Part shown: piece by piece, positions 62,708-64,000 of the stretch
How positions within the stretch are numbered: position 1 is the stretch's first letter
How the letters are laid out: each line of letters opens with the position of its first letter
Origin: Macrostomum hystrix
Lineage: Eukaryota; Animalia; Platyhelminthes
DNA length: 64,000 bases
Direction of reading: 5' to 3'
NCBI GenBank assembly: GCA_950097015.1
Contig: CATNEN010000038.1
Span: forward strand, 10,416,001 to 10,480,000
Position numbers and translations under genes: made by a program
The notes under the pieces: model-generated
What the model was told of the DNA's origin: nothing
Database searches by the model: none
What the model saw: the letters and a program-made list of their open reading frames with translations, nothing else

Positions 62708-63510
62708 TCATTGCAATCTACCTTTGTAACTAACCTAACATTGCAATCTACCTTTGTAACTAACCAACCATTGCAATCTACCTTTGTAACTAACCTACCA
62801 TTGCAATCTACCTTTGTAACTAACCAACCATTGCAATCTACCTTTGTAACTAACCTTCCATTGCAATCTACCTTTGTAACTAACCAACCATTGCAATCTA
62901 CCTTTGTAACTAACCTACCATTGCAATCTACCTTTGTAACTAACCAACCATTGCAATCTACCTTTGTAACTAACCTACCATTGCAATCTACCTTTGTAAC
63001 TAACCAACCATTGCAATCTACCTTTGTAACTAACCTACCATTGCAATCTACCTTTGTAACTAACCAACCATTGCAATCTACCTTTGTAACTAACCTACCA
63101 TTGCAATCTACCTTTGTAACTAACCAACCATTGCAATCTACCTTTGTAACTAACCAACCATTGCAATCTACCTTTGTAACTAACCTACCATTGCAATCAA
63201 CCTTTGTAACTAACCTTCCATTGCAATCTACCTTTGTAACTAACCAACCATTGCAATCTACCTTTGTAACTAACCTTCCATTGCAATCTACCTTTGTAAC
63301 TAACCAACCATTGCAATCTACCTTTGTAACTTACCTACCATTGCAATCTACCTTTGTAACTAACCTTCCATTGCAATCTACCTTTGTAACTAACCTACCA
63401 TTGCAATCTACCTTTGTAACTAACCTTCCATTGCAATCTACCTTTCGAACTAACCTACCATTGGAATACACCTTTTACCTAACCTACCATTCCAATCTAG
63501 CTTTGTAACT
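62708..63510. repeat. 30-bp minisatellite (TTGCAATCTACCTTTGTAACTAACCTACCA)n with a 60-bp dimer pattern
   Basis: Alternating CAACCA/CTACCA variants. Confidence 0.94.
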
Positions 63511-64000
63511 AGCCAAACAGCACATTAACAACATACAACTAATGCCTTACAAAAAGTGACAAAAGCAATAAAAATAGCAAAATCGTAACTGGACAAAATC
63601 AATCAAATAGACCGCTGTAACACAATACCGTAAGCCGTAGTTAATAATAAAAGTAGTATAACAGTGGACTTGCTGATATTGTTTCTGAAAGTATTATTTT
63701 CGGTCTGAAAATCAACACGAGACAGCTAGAGTTTATTTCAGCTGCCTAGAGAGACAAATTTTGAGCTAGAAAGCTCTGTAGGATAAAGGTCTCGACTCAA
63801 GAAAATAGAAGCACAGTCAAAGACAAGCAAATATTACAGGAATGAAAGAAAGAGCTAATACATTTGTAAGCAAACAATTTCAAGCAAGAGGCAAAAACGA
63901 AAAAACGGTTTTATAAATTATCAACTTTACTTAGAAAATAGAAGTGATTTTCTATGCATAGATTTTTAACTTAGCAGAAAGTTTACAAACAAAAGCTGAT

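Noticed and set aside
25745-63510. Uniform strand (purine/pyrimidine) bias of minisatellites relative to transcription
   Set aside because: Arrays occur with both skews (for example 25.7 kb versus 34 kb), so there is no consistent rule.

Overview
Eukaryotic (metazoan) genomic DNA with spliceosomal introns, GC-rich exons carrying poly-Q/poly-A tracts, and many different 14-70 bp minisatellites. This composition resembles the flatworm Macrostomum; the species is my inference and is not verified. The left part (1-25 kb) is rich in transposable elements: a hAT transposase 3' end, a frameshifted mariner, a decayed Penelope-like element with a degenerate hammerhead, two tRNA-derived SINE families (one with a CORE-like domain) and several MITEs. 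It also holds an intron-containing tRNA-Tyr, a heparan sulfate 3-O-sulfotransferase gene, an intronless GPCR and a paralog lacking TM1-3. The right part (25-60 kb) has six consecutive minus-strand housekeeping genes: TBC1D20, VPS39, OTC, EMC3, C1QBP and a TJAP1/BEGAIN-like gene. Each has a candidate 3' splice acceptor just upstream of its ATG, so this is a candidate SL-trans-spliced operon. Of its 15 introns, 14 are phase 0, mostly at MAG|G sites, and most introns and gaps are filled with minisatellites. All very long ORFs in the ORF track are minisatellite artefacts.
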